Source of the DNA: Amphiscolops sp. MND2022
Taxonomy: Eukaryota
Assembly: GCA_964187785.1 (NCBI GenBank)
Contig: OZ076413.1
Coordinates: 61,938,001 to 62,002,000 of the forward strand
Length of the DNA: 64,000 nucleotides
Reading direction: 5' to 3'
In this document: piece after piece, positions 63,045 through 64,000 of the stretch
Layout: every line of letters begins with the position of its first letter
Numbering within the stretch: position 1 is the first letter of the stretch
The notes under the pieces: generated by a model
Database searches by the model: none
What the model was told of the DNA's origin: nothing
The model's input: the letters and a program-made list of their open reading frames with translations, nothing else
Position numbers and translations under genes: made by a program

Positions 63045-64000
63045 TATTTGCGCCCTTTGGCTGCATGTTTGAGAAGTTTTCAGTTTCCGAGTCCCATATA
63101 ATGGTGTATATGTCGTCTTGTGGAATAATAATTTCATTGCCAGTCTGTAACTTGCCCTTCGGGTCAGTTGCCGTGCGTAATTGAGTTCGGTTCCTATTCT
63201 CGTAACGAATTCTGTGTAGTATCTGCATTTTTTGGTAATGAGCTCCCTATTAAAATAAAATTCAGTTAGATAGTAATTACGTTTTCAACAACATAATGTA
63301 CGATCCACCTGAACTCGCGGAATAAAGTTTTCGTTCCTTGACAATCAGCAATCGTTTGTAAATCGAAACAATATTCGTTCAATTCAAGGGCGCAGCTTTG
63401 GTTTTTAGGTCGCAATAAGTCTTCAATTTCCACGACGATTTCATGATACCTTTTTTGCGGATTGTTGTTGTTGTTTTTGGCCGTCGTTGCATTTCGTCTG
63501 CAAAAGGAGACTCTGTTGTTCGAAGACTTTTTGGAAAACGGTCTGAGCCCAATCTGTGTTCTAGGGGGCTATAGAGTAATCGTCAGTTGGAAAGGGTTCA
63601 CCAGAATGGTTGACAGCATAGGCTCGCGGGACATGACGTTTTACAAATGAGCACTGCCAATATCGTCCATTTTCACCAGAAGCCATATTGATGTTAGTTT
63701 TGACGCTGGCATGGAGCTCTCCTAGTTGCCGTATGTTTGTGGGTGTTCTGTTAGTGCACACTTGACATTCTTTCCTGAATTTTAGCGCTGTTTCACCAAT
63801 CAATTTTGAAGCGAAGGCTGTACCTTTATCGGTGAATAGAGATATGGACAAGTAAGTGTGCATGGTCATGATTTTTACAAACACCTCATGTTGTTTTTTA
63901 TGGATTGTGGGCAGTGGGAAAATGATATGGATAACATAGTGACGTGCATTCCATATGGTTGGAGGAATACATTGTTTTCGCTTGAAAACGTTTAGAATCT
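63045..64000 (-). pseudogene. pol: Decayed Gypsy integrase core and C-terminus (different family)
   Basis: IMTMHTYLSISLFTDKGTAFASKLI (integrase core D motif); TPYSPLEHRLG; EFRWIVHYVVENV (GPY/F-like). Confidence 0.75.

Noticed and set aside
798-63137. Many 60-170 aa antisense or alternate-frame ORFs over retroelements, and ORFs running through the N gap
   Set aside because: Shadows of the real gag, pol and accessory frames, or artefacts of N translation.
1-64000. Species assignment
   Set aside because: Composition and TE families suggest an invertebrate animal, but the sequence alone cannot support a taxon without a database search.

Overview
AT-rich, transposon-dense eukaryotic (metazoan-like) genomic DNA; no prokaryotic operons, CRISPR arrays or rRNA genes are seen. 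One host gene is supported: five phase-1 exons on the minus strand (30900 down to 13324) splice into three tandem, divergent fibronectin type III domains, and its larger introns are filled with MITEs, a SINE relic, Helitron-like ends, a probable solo LTR and a nine-copy 462-bp tandem array. The left end holds a complete 4957-bp Ty3/Gypsy (Mag-like) element with identical LTRs and a 5-bp TSD but broken ORFs, plus a MULE/FLYWCH DNA transposon with an 8-bp TSD. The right third (39032-62844) is occupied by copies of an unusually large Gypsy family with ~700-bp LTRs and a ~1-kb leader. After integrase this family carries two apparent TARG1/OARD1 (Poa1p)-type macrodomain-like repeats, then a second ~1300-codon ORF in the 'env position' with an SGNH-hydrolase-like domain lacking the catalytic His. 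The second ORF is conserved between two diverged copies. This accessory cargo is the most notable candidate for an undescribed system. The domain calls come from motif recognition by eye and need profile or structure searches. A near-perfect 3004-bp tandem duplication abuts a 200-N gap and may be an assembly artefact.
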